From a bacterium (GTDB taxonomy: Bacteria > UBA8248): 64,000 nucleotides of DNA. Both the position numbers and the translations under genes were made by a program. Below the pieces are notes generated by a model. It made no database searches. It had not been told where the DNA came from and worked only from the letters and a program-made list of their open reading frames with translations. The DNA lies in contig CBDBZY010000064.1 in assembly GCA_965213685.1 (NCBI GenBank), positions 128,001-192,000 of the forward strand, read 5' to 3'. Of the stretch, positions 23,581 through 36,255 are shown in pieces. Within the stretch, counting starts at the first letter, position 1. Every line of letters starts with the position of its first letter.

Positions 23581-25669
23581 TCCATGCTGAGCTATGAGCT
23601 GGAGGGCAGCATTTGTTTTTCCTTGGAACCCGGGGGCGTCAGTCTCCAAGTAGGTGGCCAAGGCCTCATCTATCATCTTCAACAATGTACCCAAGTCATG
23701 GTCCCCCCAAACTAAGGACTCTGAGGGTTGGGTAATGGGTAGGCCTGCGGAGGTGGAAGGTCAGAGAGTAGAGACGACTGTGCCAGTGTGGTTGCATAAC
23801 ATGGTGGGCAGTAATTGGGGCTGGGCTAGTGGAGTATCCTTTATTCCTGGAGTCGATGATCCCGACAACTGCGTCAGTGTTTGTGGCTGATGTCAGCTTG
23901 TCTGAACGGAGGAAGGGAGTGAGACATCAGCTATGCTGGCTGTGGTGGCCGGTGACTGCGAAGCTGATGATAGCTGCGTGTTTATACACTTTCTACACTT
24001 TCCACACACAGTCATCCTGAACGTACCGACGTCCTACTTGGGAGCCACGCCTACTTGCAAGGCTAAGAACACGCCCCCGCCCACGACATCGCGTATTGTG
24101 GTCAGCTTGTTACGTTCCTCGGGAACAACTCCATACACCAGGCCTTTCCGCGTGCGAGGCTAGCGCATGGCCAGCCCGCAACTGACGCCATTACGTCACT
24201 GGCTATGCACGTGATAGGGGGCATCGGATTGCGTGAAAGTAGCAGACCCCTTTTGAAAATTACATGTACGGGCACGCGTGAGCATACGCAGCGACTGGCA
24301 TTGCACAATGCGTGAACGAGGTGAAGGCTGCTGGCGCTCAGCGGTACGCAGGGGATTGCGTAAAGGGGGGGGGCACGTGCCCCCTATGCCCCCTATGCTC
24401 CCCCCCCCTTGGATCCGCCACTGCTTACTAGTTACTTAGGCGTTAGATGGTCTCGCAAACCGTTTGCCGAGAGGGTCTAACCCGCGAAACTAGGCGTTGG
24501 ATGGCAGCTTTATGGCAATCAAGAGACAATAAGAAGCGAGAAACTTGAAATGTATGCATGTGTATGTGTGTGCTTTGGAGAAATCGAAAGTTTTTCTTCA
24601 ACATATATAACCTGAAAGCATATGCAACAGTGACTAGACAAAGCAGCAGATGTAGGTAGCAGATGCTTATTCTCTTGTTATATACTGGTGTCTTGCATAC
24701 GCAGAGACATGATAAGTTTTTTCAGGCGTTAGATGGTCTCGCAAACCGCTTGCCGAGAGGGGCTAACTCGCGAAACTAGGCGTTGGATGGCAGCTTTTTG
24801 GCAATCAAGAGACAGTAAGAAGCGAGAAGCTTGAAATGTGTGCATGTGTGTGTGTGCTTTGTGGCTGTGACCACTCACAGACTACCCATGGACCACTATA
24901 GGCTAGCTAGCAAGCTAACACCGTGAACTCTTCTACCTTTGTAGCTAGGCATGATGGCGCGTTGGCGTTGGATGGCAGCTTGCAGACACTAAAAAACGAC
25001 TAGCTTTTTAGAATGAAGAAACTTGTTCGTTTGTGCACGAGTACGTGTACATGCTACCATAGATGCTACAGATGGCTGATCATAGACAGTAATTCCATGA
25101 TGTAAGAGGGAGATCCTGTAATTTCAGGTGCGGTTTTTACTCTGCACCTAGAACGTCGCGAGGCCCGCCCTCACGTGCGTAAGGTAGGGCGGGGCAACTC
25201 CGTACGGTGGGTAACTCCGTACACTTCGTATTCTGAGCTGTGTATCTCTGGAACGAAGTCGCTAATAGCCTTCCAACTTGGTGAAAGGGATGTTCTAGGA
25301 GTTTCCTTTCTCTTAACAGAAAACGAGATGGATTGCTGTATTTGCTAGGGATTTAGGCGGCGTTGACTTTATGCTGTTCACGCAAATCGCGTATCAGGCA
25401 GGTATCGTCGCTATCTTCCTGGCGCTACCTGTTTACATTGCTGAAGCTCTGTCGTGCGTTCTGCCGTAAATCGTCAATTACCCAGGAGGTTGATGGCCTG
25501 AAAGCATTTTTCCTAGTATGGTACAGTCTCGTCACCCTGAAATAACGTCAAACGCTTCTCAATGGGCATAATGTACACGGCTTGGGCGATCACGTGACCG
25601 CTTCCAACCTCCTCTGGTTACTACAAGTACACCAGGCCTGACTCAGCAACACGAATGCCCTATGACATG

Positions 25670-26245
25670 TTAGTGAGACACATGATAACCCCTCAATCGA
25701 CAAAGTGGTTAATAAAGTCTGGGGCAACCAAACCCAGCCCAGCCTGGTTATGTATGAGGGAGGAAAAACTCACTGCCGTATCATCTGAGTGATGGAAAGA
25801 AAGTGGAAGAAAAAGTGGACTCCTGCAGGACCTGAACCCACGAATCTCAGCTTTATATGTTGACGTTCTACCGACTGAGTCAGAGCTAAAGAGCCCAGCC
25901 AGCAGGCAGGCTGTTTGTTTGTCATGTTTGTTTTCCCCCCTCATATACCAACCAGGGGTTATCATGTGTCTATACTTAAAAAAAAAAAAACAGACCCTTA
26001 ATGGGTCTCCTGCTTCAGCCACTGCCCCTCAGACTAACAAGGCTAGGCTAGGTTGGTTGCCCTAGACTTTAACAACCATCTTGTCTGTTGGGGCAGCAGG
26101 GAGCTTCATTGCAGACCGGCAGAGGCTGTTGTGAGGATATGGTATTGACTAGAAAGCTGAGAGTCGTGGGTTCGAGTCCCGCAAGAGTCCACTTTTTCTT
26201 CCACTTTCTTTCTCTTAGGGAGAGTCTAACTGATGAGACTAGTGT
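25670..26245. mobile_element. Pair of divergently oriented tRNA-derived SINE-like units (paralogue 39310-39915)
   Basis: Minus-strand head with A box TGACTCAGTCGG and B box GGTTCAGGTCC at about 25815-25887; plus-strand B box GGTTCGAGTCC at about 26169; both followed by CACTTTTTCTTCCACTTTC. Confidence 0.6.
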
Positions 26246-26759
26246 GGGCTACGGCAAAAGCCTTTGATACCAAGCGCTGCCGTTCATGATGGACTCACTC
26301 TCGGAACGCCTGGGTATGAGGCTTGTCGCTACTAAGCCTCGGCATAACCAACTCTAGTGCTTCTGCTCTACGCCGTCGCTATATACATCCGCATGTACGT
26401 GTAGTAAATGTAAACGTCATCAATGGAACGCAAGACGTCATTGACAAATTATTATATTACGTAATTTAAACAGTGTGCACCTGGCGTTCCTCTAGGCAGC
26501 AGAGTACAAAACCACGTTATAATGTACTGTGCAATACTAAATATTATGGGGTGTGATCTGTGTCAAAATTGGTAATGGAAGCTTACTACGCGTGTCTTGC
26601 TAGGAATCTTGCTAGGAATGTCACTATATACCATTGTGGCCAGCAACCACTTAACACCCCCTGGGGGTGTCCGGAACAAGTCCTGACCAGACTCTCGCTT
26701 GCGGAGAGAGTCTGGCTACGCGAGACTACTCTCGGTTGGGGCCCAGTCGCGCCCTCTGG

Positions 26760-26849
26760 TTGCCAACACCTATTGCTTTCGCTGCTGCAAGGAAACCGGT
26801 AGAATCTTGTGTGCTTGGTGCCTCCGTACGTTCTGCAACGTACTGGCAT
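26760..26849 (-). pseudogene. THAP zinc-finger-like relic of a DNA transposon (paralogue about 45070-45147)
   Basis: MPVRCRTYGGTKHTRFYRFP...RCW resembles the THAP N-terminus MxxxCxxxxC...FxxFP...W. Confidence 0.45.
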
Positions 26850-26916
26850 TTAGTACGCAACATGGACGAAGGTACAATGCAATATACAGGGGCAAGAATG
26901 TGGCATACTGTAATAC

Positions 26917-26953
26917 CATAGATATTATTGCTAACGGAACAATAATATCTATG
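26917..26953. mobile_element. 37-bp P-like micro-MITE
   Basis: CATAGATATTATTG...CAATAATATCTATG with 7-bp TSD GTAATAC; absent at the paralogous site near 45216. Confidence 0.85.
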
Positions 26954-27396
26954 GTAATACCATAGAACGCAGCATACGCTTTACCCACCAAGCGCTTTCT
27001 TACACCTTTGCACCTCGCTAAGCGTCCTCAGTTCTGCAACACCACCCCGCGCGGCTCCTGGAAAGTACATGCGAGTTCTAGCTGATATTGAAGGACGACA
27101 CCCCAACACTCTGTGTCACAACCCGCGTAGAGTGAAGGAGGGCTGGATTCAAAACGTGCGTGACTAGTCCACTGCGGAACACACCAGGCACAATGTCAGT
27201 CAGTGGGCGGGAACGGTTCTTGTTCCGGTTGAAGAAACGAAACTCAATAACCGTAGTACCATTAATCATGATAATACACATGTAGGTACATGGCATTGGT
27301 GGCTAGTGCATTGGCCTTTTTTTTTTTTCGTTAACCACTTCACTTCTTGAGATATTGATGATTATCTAGAATCTCCATGTACTTTGTGTATTGAAG

Positions 27397-27430
27397 CATA
27401 GATATTATTGCTAACGCAATAATATCTATG
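27397..27430. mobile_element. 34-bp P-like micro-MITE
   Basis: Same 14-bp TIRs, with 7-bp TSD ATTGAAG. Confidence 0.85.
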
Positions 27431-28575
27431 ATTGAAGATACATTATAAATTCATATGAGGGTAACTACGCGCGCTTTAATGAGCGCTTAAATCACCAATT
27501 TTTGCGCTTACGTCTGGGATACGGTACATAGATACTTGAAATCCACTTACACGCATATGTCGCGTGGTCACTGACCGGCTGCGCGCGCCGCATGCTCACG
27601 TGCACGTGCGCCGCGCCGCTCGGACCGGCCTCTAGCGCGAGCCGTGCGTGTACCCAGTACTTCTTAGACGATGGACGGCATTAGCTAAACGGGACTAGCG
27701 CGGCGAGTGTAGCCATATTCTCTAGGCGTGTGATAGCGCGATGTGGCCCACCGGTTGGCGTACCTTACAACGCTTCAGCCTCGTTCCGTGGTAAAACTGT
27801 TTGGGGGTGTGGACTACTGCACGCAGTGTACGGTACTCGTTCGAACTGGAGACCATTGAAAAACGACTAGAGCAGAGACTAGTGCGGTACCGTCCCATAC
27901 TGTACGTACATGCATATATCCTAGGCTACATTCTTAGGCCGTTTGGAGGCCGTGTGGGGCCGCCATAGGCTGGGCCTTAGCAACGCATAGACCCAGGAGT
28001 TATTTTTATGCCTTGGTTACGCAGCTGCCAATTTCTGACCTGCGTTTGACTGTGATATGTGTTGAAGTTACTATCAGGTCTGTGTTTGTTGGGCTCGGAA
28101 GCTAAGAAGGCGTGCTCAACACAGGCTGATACGAACCAGAGACGTCTATATCACTGCACTGCTACATTATACATGTACTCTACATCACGTGCATATCACA
28201 GTGCACTGTACTAACACAAGTAGTCTTCCTGCATATATCATAGCACCTGTTAAAACTCTACACTACTGACTGCACATTAGTTGCTGCTCTTAGTATATAG
28301 ACACCATTTACTTCATCAAGTTAACACTCATAACTAAGTTAATTGTACTGTGTCACACTTAGGTTCATTGCTGTTATTTATGAAACCTGTGTATTGGTTG
28401 ATTATCTATTGCTGTCATTCATGAATATACCATACTTATTGCCACAGTTTATGAGCATTCACCTATTGCAATTCATGCACAATTGAAAGAAGTTCTATAA
28501 TCAGTGAAGTAATGTTGTATGTTATATTTGGTTAGTGACAACATCTTTGCTGAAAGCAGCAAAAAATGTGGGGAG

Positions 28576-29329
28576 ACTAGTAAATTAAAAAATTAAATTT
28601 TAGAAAGGGATATAGGGATTGCATAAAAAGGTACAGAGACAAGGCTTGGATGCAGAGTATACGCTATGTTGCAACCAGTTGTCATGGGAGCGATGATGAA
28701 ATGTGGAGTACCTCATGCCTGATTATACAACACAAGCCCTATATTGTTGAGCAGCTACAACCACTTCCCTTCATAAGCTATTATCACTACACAAAAGTAT
28801 GCAAGTATGCATGTCTTCATTTTCAGTGCTTGGGCATAGTTTAGTGATATACATGTGGCATATTTCAACCAACATAATGTTATTTCACAGTGTAAGTGTA
28901 ATGGCAAGTACAGTATGTACCGTTGCACAGAGAGTGGTCAAGTGTGCTGGGATGCTCTTCAGAGTATGTGTAAGAGTGCCAAGCTATGAGACAGATGACA
29001 GGGATAGGGAGTATACAGTTTGATATCAGACTTAAATTCTGTCCGATGGTTTCTACATGTGACATCATGCAATGGTACAAGTACCACGTTGGTCTGGAAT
29101 GGTCCCTCCATGGTTATTGATGGTCCTTCATTGATTGATTCCTGTGTTTCCATGAAACTCAGCTCAACAATATAGGGCTTGTGTTGTATAATCAGGCATG
29201 AGGTACTCCACATTTCATCATCGTTCCCATGACAACTGGTTACAATATAGCGTGTACCCTGCATCCAAGCCTTGTCTCTGTACCTTTTTATGCAATCCCT
29301 ATATCCCTTTCTAAAATTAATTTACTAGT
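28576..29329. repeat. Long inverted repeat / foldback element
   Basis: Arms of about 165-175 bp (28576-28752 and 29161-29329) around a spacer of about 410 bp. Confidence 0.8.
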
Positions 29330-30485
29330 ATACATAGGGATTGCCCAGGTCACTCAGCATCAACCCTGTACATTTGAAAATTTGAGTTTTCATTTTCACT
29401 ATGCACTTCACATTTCACATTGAGGAGATTAGTGTTAAGAATAGGAACTGTAGTCAGAAACAGGTGAAAATATGATTATGGTACGAGATATTGGCAGTAT
29501 AATTATTGTAATTCTTCTCTTTCTTATTCAGGTTGAAGAAACGAAACCCAACAACCATAATACCAATGATCAGGAAAGTGTACATGTTGGTACCTGCCTC
29601 TTGAGATGTTGATGATTATCACTGTCTTCCCGTACTGTAACATTATAAAGCTATAGAATATAAGGTTTTGTAACAGGAAAAGTACTGCTCCATTAACAAT
29701 GAATTTGAGACATATACTAGAAACATATAGCAGTACACATTAAGGAAATGCACTTTCATCGTTAACCCTTTCCCTCTTGTAATATCTTTTTTTCCCAGTG
29801 TTTCTGTGCATTAGCTACAGTGCTGAAAATGAATGTGCTGTAAATGACATGATGTCTCCACATTGAAATATTACCATTGAAAGAGGGCTCATGATAGAAT
29901 GGGCCTGTATCAAGGGAAAAGTAACGCCTAGTAGAAAAATTGCGTGCACATGTGCGTAATTATTTCAATGAATATTCATCAAAATAACGCACGTGATGAC
30001 CCTTTACGTCACTACCTAGGCTCCATTTGGAGCCCACCACCACTTCAAGCACAGAACGCACATACATATGTGGCCGGATCATCGTCTGTAGCACATAGTT
30101 CTCCCTCTCTACTCCCTGAGAAAACGATTGTCAAGCTAACAATTATTTATTGGCTCCCTAAATACTTGGACAGGTACTTCCCGATATAATTTTCAGCTGC
30201 TTAATTTACACCGGACCGTCTCAGTTGAAAGTGTGGGAGATGGATCGTTTTTGCGAAAGCTCAACCCGTTCTTCTAGAAGCGAACTCCAGCAGCCCTCAA
30301 TATTGAAGTTTAGTGTAGCTGGCTATAAGCCTCCTGTACAGAGTCGAGCTCCACACTCGCGGCTGCCGCTGACCATAACCGCTTATAGATATGGTGGCCC
30401 CGAATAACACTGTCGTACTGGTAAGCAGCTTCATCCGCCATTGACAAACTCGCACGTTACTCCAGCTGGCACGTGCAAACGTTAA

Positions 30486-31060
30486 GGGAGGGCGAGTCAT
30501 GATTGCGTTCTTCGTCAATTACTCTACCGTCGCTTTCCCCCTACATTTACCAACGCTAAAACGACAGCAATTCTTTGGCGCGGTTGCAAATTCACTGGGA
30601 AACAATTCATATTTCCCGCTACCGTTGGACGTGCGGCGCTGTGTGGCGCCAACCGGTGAAGAGGTGAATGCTCGCCAAAGGGGAGTGAACTAGTTTATGC
30701 GCAATGGGTTGCTCGAGGCTTGGCTTGCTACTTTACGGCAGAATTTGCTACCGTTTTTTCTAAATTCTGCAGCACGAAGAAAACGATTATATGTCTAGAA
30801 AGAAAGATTTAGCACGGATTATTAAAGCAAACCCAGATAGCCAACATGCTTAGTAATCATCCACCGAAGTTTCGTCTCTGCAGCATTAGCCGTTATTGGC
30901 AAATTTTTTTTCTATAATTAGCGATATGCATATTGCGTAAATTTTATAATTCTATGAACCGACATATCACGCAAAACTACATTATTTCGCTAACAGGCAT
31001 CATTAGGAGAATACAATAAAACATAAATCAGGCAAAATCATGTCTTAGGGTCGTCCTGCC
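30486..31060 (+). mobile_element. Kolobok-like MITE
   Basis: TTAA TSD; same family as 20519-21092. Confidence 0.85.
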
Positions 31061-31065
31061 TTAAC

Positions 31066-31458
31066 ATAATTATACCGGACACGTGACGAACCCAATTTTT
31101 CTATGATCCTAATTTAGGCAGATCATACGCGGTAGTGATTACAGTTGATCTGTAAAGAACTACGGTGATTACTTCTGCCAGTTTCGAGAAAAGTCGTTTG
31201 AAAGAAATCTCTTAAGAAGAAGAAGAAGAATCAGAAAGAAAAAGAAATCACCACTTCGCCCGTTTCCTGGCAGTAAGTCTAGGGATGCTTTTTAGCTATC
31301 TGGGGGGTATCATTGGGTAGAGAAACGTCGGAATAGGATAGCTAGGTGTCCAGAAAGGCTTAGAACACGAGCGTTCGCGAGTTAAGACGGCTTTCCAATG
31401 TACGCACACTATGGGCGGACCGGCGCCATCCCTACATAGAGAGTCTACCGACTCTCTG
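31066..31458. repeat. Interspersed repeat with (AAG)n core; related copy at 58756-59214
   Basis: Shared AAAGTCGTTTGAAAGAAATCTC-(AAG)n and CCATCCCTACATAGAGAGTCTACCGACTCTCTG. Confidence 0.75.
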
Positions 31459-32068
31459 ATTAGCTATGTGTATATACATATATGTATACATGTATGTAGA
31501 CAAACTCTAGCAAACACTGCCGGAACATCATGCTTTCTTGCAGGACTCTTATACAAAGGCTCTACACTTCATTCAGAGCCATATACGTGCTGCAGCTCAC
31601 ATATAAGTGACTGTTTGTATACCAGCCTCTAGAATGGTAGTGCTAGTGTTCTGCTCATGTGACATCTCAAATGCCTGTTGAGTGGAACGGTTCTAGACGC
31701 TGGTATACAAAGTCACTTGTATGTACGCTGTAACACGTATATAGCTCAATGAGCTATAGACATGCATGATGTTCAGTGTTCAGTGTACATCAGGAGTGGT
31801 AAGTGCAACATTGCAAAGAAATCAGTGACAAAACCAGCCTTTGCTAGGTTCCCAGGTCTGCATGGTGAAATTCTAAATTGGTCCAGGTGGGATTCCCTTA
31901 GCATTCCACAGCTTGTAATAAGGGCTCTCTGCTCTGCCATGCCAGTTAATTACATACATGTACATGTGGCAGTGCATTACACAATAAGTCATGTGAATGC
32001 ATACTGGTGATAGTGGGCAACATAAATCAGAATTTACTGTACTGTAAAAATGAGGAATAGTGCAGGCT

Positions 32069-33772
32069 TTAGATCCAACTTCCAGGACAACCACATTTAC
32101 CACTAAACATCTCTGATGGCCTTCTATCATGTGTGGATATGCAACCTATGTCTGTAGCACTTTTGTTTACTGACTGAAGAAAGTCTTGTAGCTCTTGTTT
32201 CAACACTGGTACAAGGTCAGTGTGCTGGTCAGATATATCAGTTGTTTCTTTAGGATCGGCTACCACATCATAAAGATTGACACTCTGTATGTTTCCTTTA
32301 TTGTACTCAACAACAAGTTTTTGTGAGTCTCGTAATACTGCACCATAGAAAGATGAGTTTAAATCTCCCTTTTTAATGTGAAAGGCAAAAGCAATTGAAC
32401 TATTGCGATGATTGACATCTTCTTTGAGAAATGGTAGGATAGAAACACCGTCTATTGGTCGATCTTGAGGAGGATCAATGCCAAGGATATCACACACAGT
32501 TGGTAGCAGGTCATTTGTCACCACAGGATAATTGGACTTTCGATTGGCTTTAATCACTGCTGGCCATTCTAATATTGCAGGGACTCGAATACCACCTTCA
32601 AACACTGTCCCTTTCTCTCCTCTCAAACCAGCTGTAGAGCCTGGAGTGCCTTTCTGTGGGCCATTGTCACTTGAGAACCACACAAATGTGTTGTTCTTAA
32701 TGCCATATGTTTCCAGTAAACCTCTGACTCTCCCTATTGCTTGGTCCAGTTGCGATATAGCTCCATAGTAATGGGTAACATCTTCTGAGTAACCTTGTTT
32801 TCTGTACATAGTGTAGTAGGGATCAAGAGCATAGTACACACGATGCACGTCATGATATGCAAGTATGACAAAAATAGGCTTTTCATCAAATTGTGATTTT
32901 TGGAGGAATTTCTCAAACCTATCCACAATGAAATCTGAATCTCCAGCTATGAAGTCATTGTAGGCCTGCAATGTTTTTGACTCCATATCCATGTAGTGAT
33001 AATCTCTGCAGGTTTTGTGTTGGTACCATCTCTTCTCAACAGTGCAATTGAAGTGTTCAGAGCATCGGCAGTTTGGTGCCACTGAGGATGTGTCTCTTTC
33101 AGTTACTAACCACTGGTCAAAACCATGCATGCCAGGATGGGACACAGGCCACTTCTTGTTACCCCCTTCAATAACTTTCAAGTCACCAACATGCCATTTC
33201 CCAAATATGGCAGTTTTGTAGCCTTCGTTCTTCAGAAGTTCAGGCAGTGTTACTTCAGAGGTAGGTAGGGGCATAGAACAGGGGCATTCGCCATCGTTAC
33301 ATGGAACACCCAGATCCGCGTGCCAGATACAGTACCGATTGTGGTTACGTCCTGTCAACAGAGTGCCTCTGGTTGGTGAGCAAACGGGACCTCCTGAATA
33401 AAACCTCGTTAGGAGGACACTGTTTGGTCCTCGGGCCATTTGGTTGAGATTTGGTGTCTTAGCCTTTCCTCCATTATACTCCACGTCACCATAGCCCAGG
33501 TCATCAGCTAATAAGTACAGAATATTTGGACGTTGCAATGGATTCTTGTGTCTGTTAAGTTGTGAATTTTTGTCCTCTATAGGAAATCTAAATTGTTTCT
33601 TCACATTAGCTGATGTCATACTTGTGTTTGAAATCTTGTCTTCCTTACTGTCTACTCTTTTCATTGAAGTAACGCCATTGACATCTCCTAGTGCGCTGTA
33701 CAACACAGATACTAAGATACTCACCACCACTGCCGCTACTACTATTGCCACTCTGAAATCTCCCACTTTCAT
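32069..33772 (-). CDS. Sulfatase copy 3 (type A), 567 aa, intronless, with a divergent mid-tract and C-terminus
   Basis: Uninterrupted ORF with all S1 sulfatase motifs; ends SEMFSGKCGCPGSWI instead of SKVVDSKCNCHRRF. Confidence 0.93.
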   Translation of the reverse strand: MKVGDFRVAIVVAAVVVSILVSVLYSALGDVNGVTSMKRVDSKEDKISNTSMTSANVKKQFRFPIEDKNSQLNRHKNPLQRPNILYLLADDLGYGDVEYNGGKAKTPNLNQMARGPNSVLLTRFYSGGPVCSPTRGTLLTGRNHNRYCIWHADLGVPCNDGECPCSMPLPTSEVTLPELLKNEGYKTAIFGKWHVGDLKVIEGGNKKWPVSHPGMHGFDQWLVTERDTSSVAPNCRCSEHFNCTVEKRWYQHKTCRDYHYMDMESKTLQAYNDFIAGDSDFIVDRFEKFLQKSQFDEKPIFVILAYHDVHRVYYALDPYYTMYRKQGYSEDVTHYYGAISQLDQAIGRVRGLLETYGIKNNTFVWFSSDNGPQKGTPGSTAGLRGEKGTVFEGGIRVPAILEWPAVIKANRKSNYPVVTNDLLPTVCDILGIDPPQDRPIDGVSILPFLKEDVNHRNSSIAFAFHIKKGDLNSSFYGAVLRDSQKLVVEYNKGNIQSVNLYDVVADPKETTDISDQHTDLVPVLKQELQDFLQSVNKSATDIGCISTHDRRPSEMFSGKCGCPGSWI

Positions 33773-35793
33773 AGTTTGGTGAGGAGACACACCTGCAGCT
33801 GTAGTACAGAAGGAAGGAACAATGGTAGAAAGTGATCTCTCTACATAAGCAGGGTACATATACACAAACACAGCCTTGCTGTGGGCCATGTATAAGCACA
33901 AGACATACACGCCCACTGCAAAAATTCCATGGTTATTTTAACCATGGTTTTCTCAGTTGCACATTTGTTCAACAGTGGACACTGTGCAAATATGCAGGAA
34001 ATTCATCTTAAGAAATGTGGGAGGATTGAGAAACTAAATGACAGGTTTTAGTTCATTAAGCATGACATACAATGTACATGTAACTGTAAGCATCCATTAT
34101 GGACTGTAGCTACAGTGTCATGGCCAGGCCTTGCGAGAGCTCAGTATGTTGAACAGCTACACTTAGTGAGACTAGAAGACCTTGATAATACTTACAGCGA
34201 GTCAGATTAGCTTTGTGGCCTGCTGTCGAGCGTGTCCAATTTTGGGTGTATACAGTACTTCATTAAGTCTGTACACACATACACACAGCTAATAGCACGA
34301 AAGCAACTAGATGCTTTGAACTTTTTAAAAAGCATTATACACAGTGTGTTCATATCTTTGACTATTAAACGGTCACTGCAAATGCGAGTACTCTTGGTTT
34401 AGTCTATTTCATTTTTGCATGGACTCTATTTGCCTTACATTTTCACTACATTTCACGTCTGTAGTTATTCTGATGTCATATTCTTTGGGTTGAAGTTGTC
34501 ACCACACTAGTAGTGGTATGTTGTTCAACTTCATTTTAATTGAGTTGTGAGAAATCATATTATATGTTTGACAAAATACCACAGTTTTTGGATAAGTAGT
34601 ATATTGTGCTGCAAGTTGTGTGCTGATCATTGAACTAAATTCTAGAAACATGTTTGAAAGATGTAGGGACGGCTGTGCCAAAAACCACAGAAACTAGGTG
34701 TAGGGATGGCAGTATGCAGGCAAGACATGTTATACAAAGACTACACAAGTAACCCCATCCCTACATCATTTTTTATACCTGATATGATTTTGCTGGCTAT
34801 GCATGCCATTAGGTATTGAAAACAGCAGTTTGAAGCAAAAAATGTAGGGATGGGGTTACTTGTGTAGTCTTTGTATAACATGTCTTGCCTGCACATCCCT
34901 ACACCTAGTTTCTGTGGTTTTTGGCACAGCCTCCCTACATCTTTCAACATTAAAAAAATGTTTTTAATACTTGTTTGTATCCTTTTTCCTGGTAATAGTT
35001 CACTAAAATGTATTTTGTTCTTGCAAGCTTCTTTCAGAATCCCTCGAACAAATCATAACAGCCACTGCTACCCATCAGGAACAGAGTAGAAAGGGGCTTA
35101 ACCGGAAGGAGCTTGACCACCATCACGCCATTTTGAAGTTGGGGGGCTGAGCCCCTCCAAAAAGTCCTGAGCTAGAGTGACTACTTCACTACATGTATCT
35201 AACTGGCTAACTCATACCCGCGTTTTTGTACAATAGAAAGACGCTGCTCAAACCTCTCTCAAATCAGCGACAACGCCAGCCTAAAATTAATAGGCGTGGC
35301 TTCGCGAGGCCGTTCTCGCTAGGTGCAGAGAAAAAGCCACACCCGAAATTACAGGTCCAACCCTTACGTCACTGTGGTGCTGTAATTCAAGGGAAGGAAT
35401 GTTGTGAAGACGAAGAGGAATACAATTGACCTTATGCAGTGAAATGAATACACTAAGTCTCTTGAACAGAGATCCAGTTACAGTGACAGTTGAATAATCA
35501 CTGACCAGGTGAAAAAGGCGTCCAGCGTGAGAAAGGTGTGGTGACAGTAAGCAAGAACTCGATGCTACACTCTTAGCATGCTAGCAGCCCTTAGGAGTAG
35601 GCTGGACCCTGCCATGTTTACCTCTCTTTCGATACTCTTAGCCATCCTCATTGAGTACATGAAATAACATGTGCATAGCACACCAGCTAGAAAGAGTCAA
35701 AGAAAGTTAAAAGAAAGGTGAATTAAGGCCATAACCCCCTCTACGTATACATGTAACACAATGAGCACAAGACACCTGGATGCCCAGCCTTGA
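33773..35793. repeat. Upstream block of copy 3, duplicated at 61070-64000
   Basis: Colinear near-identity apart from the insertion at 61378-62251. Confidence 0.9.
34651..34949. repeat. TAGGGATG-rich long hairpin repeat (family copies about 5735-5885, 19735-20000, 52330-52560, 58026-58389, 62837-63137)
   Basis: Inverted arms of about 120 bp, GATGTAGGGA...CCCCATCCCTACAT / ATGTAGGGATGGGG...TCCCTACATC. Confidence 0.85.
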
Positions 35794-36255
35794 GAACTGG
35801 GGCGGTGGGTTGAAGATCTTTTATGGCGCCAACTCTCCAAGTGCTGTCTTGAACTCACATACACACAGACACAGACATGAACAACAAAAACAGCCTCAAG
35901 GCTTAGAAAAATAGCTCAGAGCAATTTAACACACCACAGCCTCTAGGCTTAGAAAATAACTTTGACATACAGTAGCCTCTAAGCTTAGAAAAATCTAAAT
36001 TGGAAAACAACTAGAACAGCCTCAAGGTTTAGAAAAATAAATTTAACACACCAGCGTATACTGCGCATTGCGCAGCATTGCGCGATATCACGTGACCCTC
36101 GATGGGCTGGTATAGTACAGTACTAGTACTTGACTTGCTTACTACGTAATTTTCATTACTGCGCTTGCATTGTTTGTTCTAAAACGGCAGTTACTCCACA
36201 GGAGGTTGGAAGCGGCGACGAAATCATGCGACTTAAATCCCACACATAAACAATT

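Larger units (their letters stand above)
22727..24162 (+). mobile_element. AcademH-like derivative with RecQ-type helicase relic
   Basis: Imperfect TIRs CTCGCACGCGGA...GAGTTGTTCCC / GGGAACAACTC...TCCGCGTGCGAGGCTA. Confidence 0.6.
22375..24423. mobile_element. Element with hAT-like termini carrying a nested insertion
   Basis: CAGGGGCGGATCCA / TGGATCCGCCACTG termini; only a 5-bp flanking duplication (CTTAC) is evident. Confidence 0.6.
20366..25155. mobile_element. MULE-like non-autonomous element hosting nested insertions
   Basis: TIR CGTTCT...CTAGGTGCAGAGTAAAA / TTTTACTCTGCACCTAGAACG; 9-bp TSD TCGCGAGGC (left copy CpG-decayed to TCACAAGGC); empty site at about 58730. Confidence 0.65.
25503..27212. 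repeat. Segmental duplication block, paralogous to 39130-45468 (which carries extra insertions)
   Basis: Colinear high identity; provides empty sites for the insertions at 39968-43966 and about 44264-44889. Confidence 0.88.

Noticed and set aside
26210-26270. Possible hammerhead ribozyme (CTGATGAG after a TTAG/CTAA stem; another CTGATGAG...GAAA at about 37277)
   Set aside because: The first lacks GAAA and a stem III; the second lacks a closed stem II; at most decayed relics
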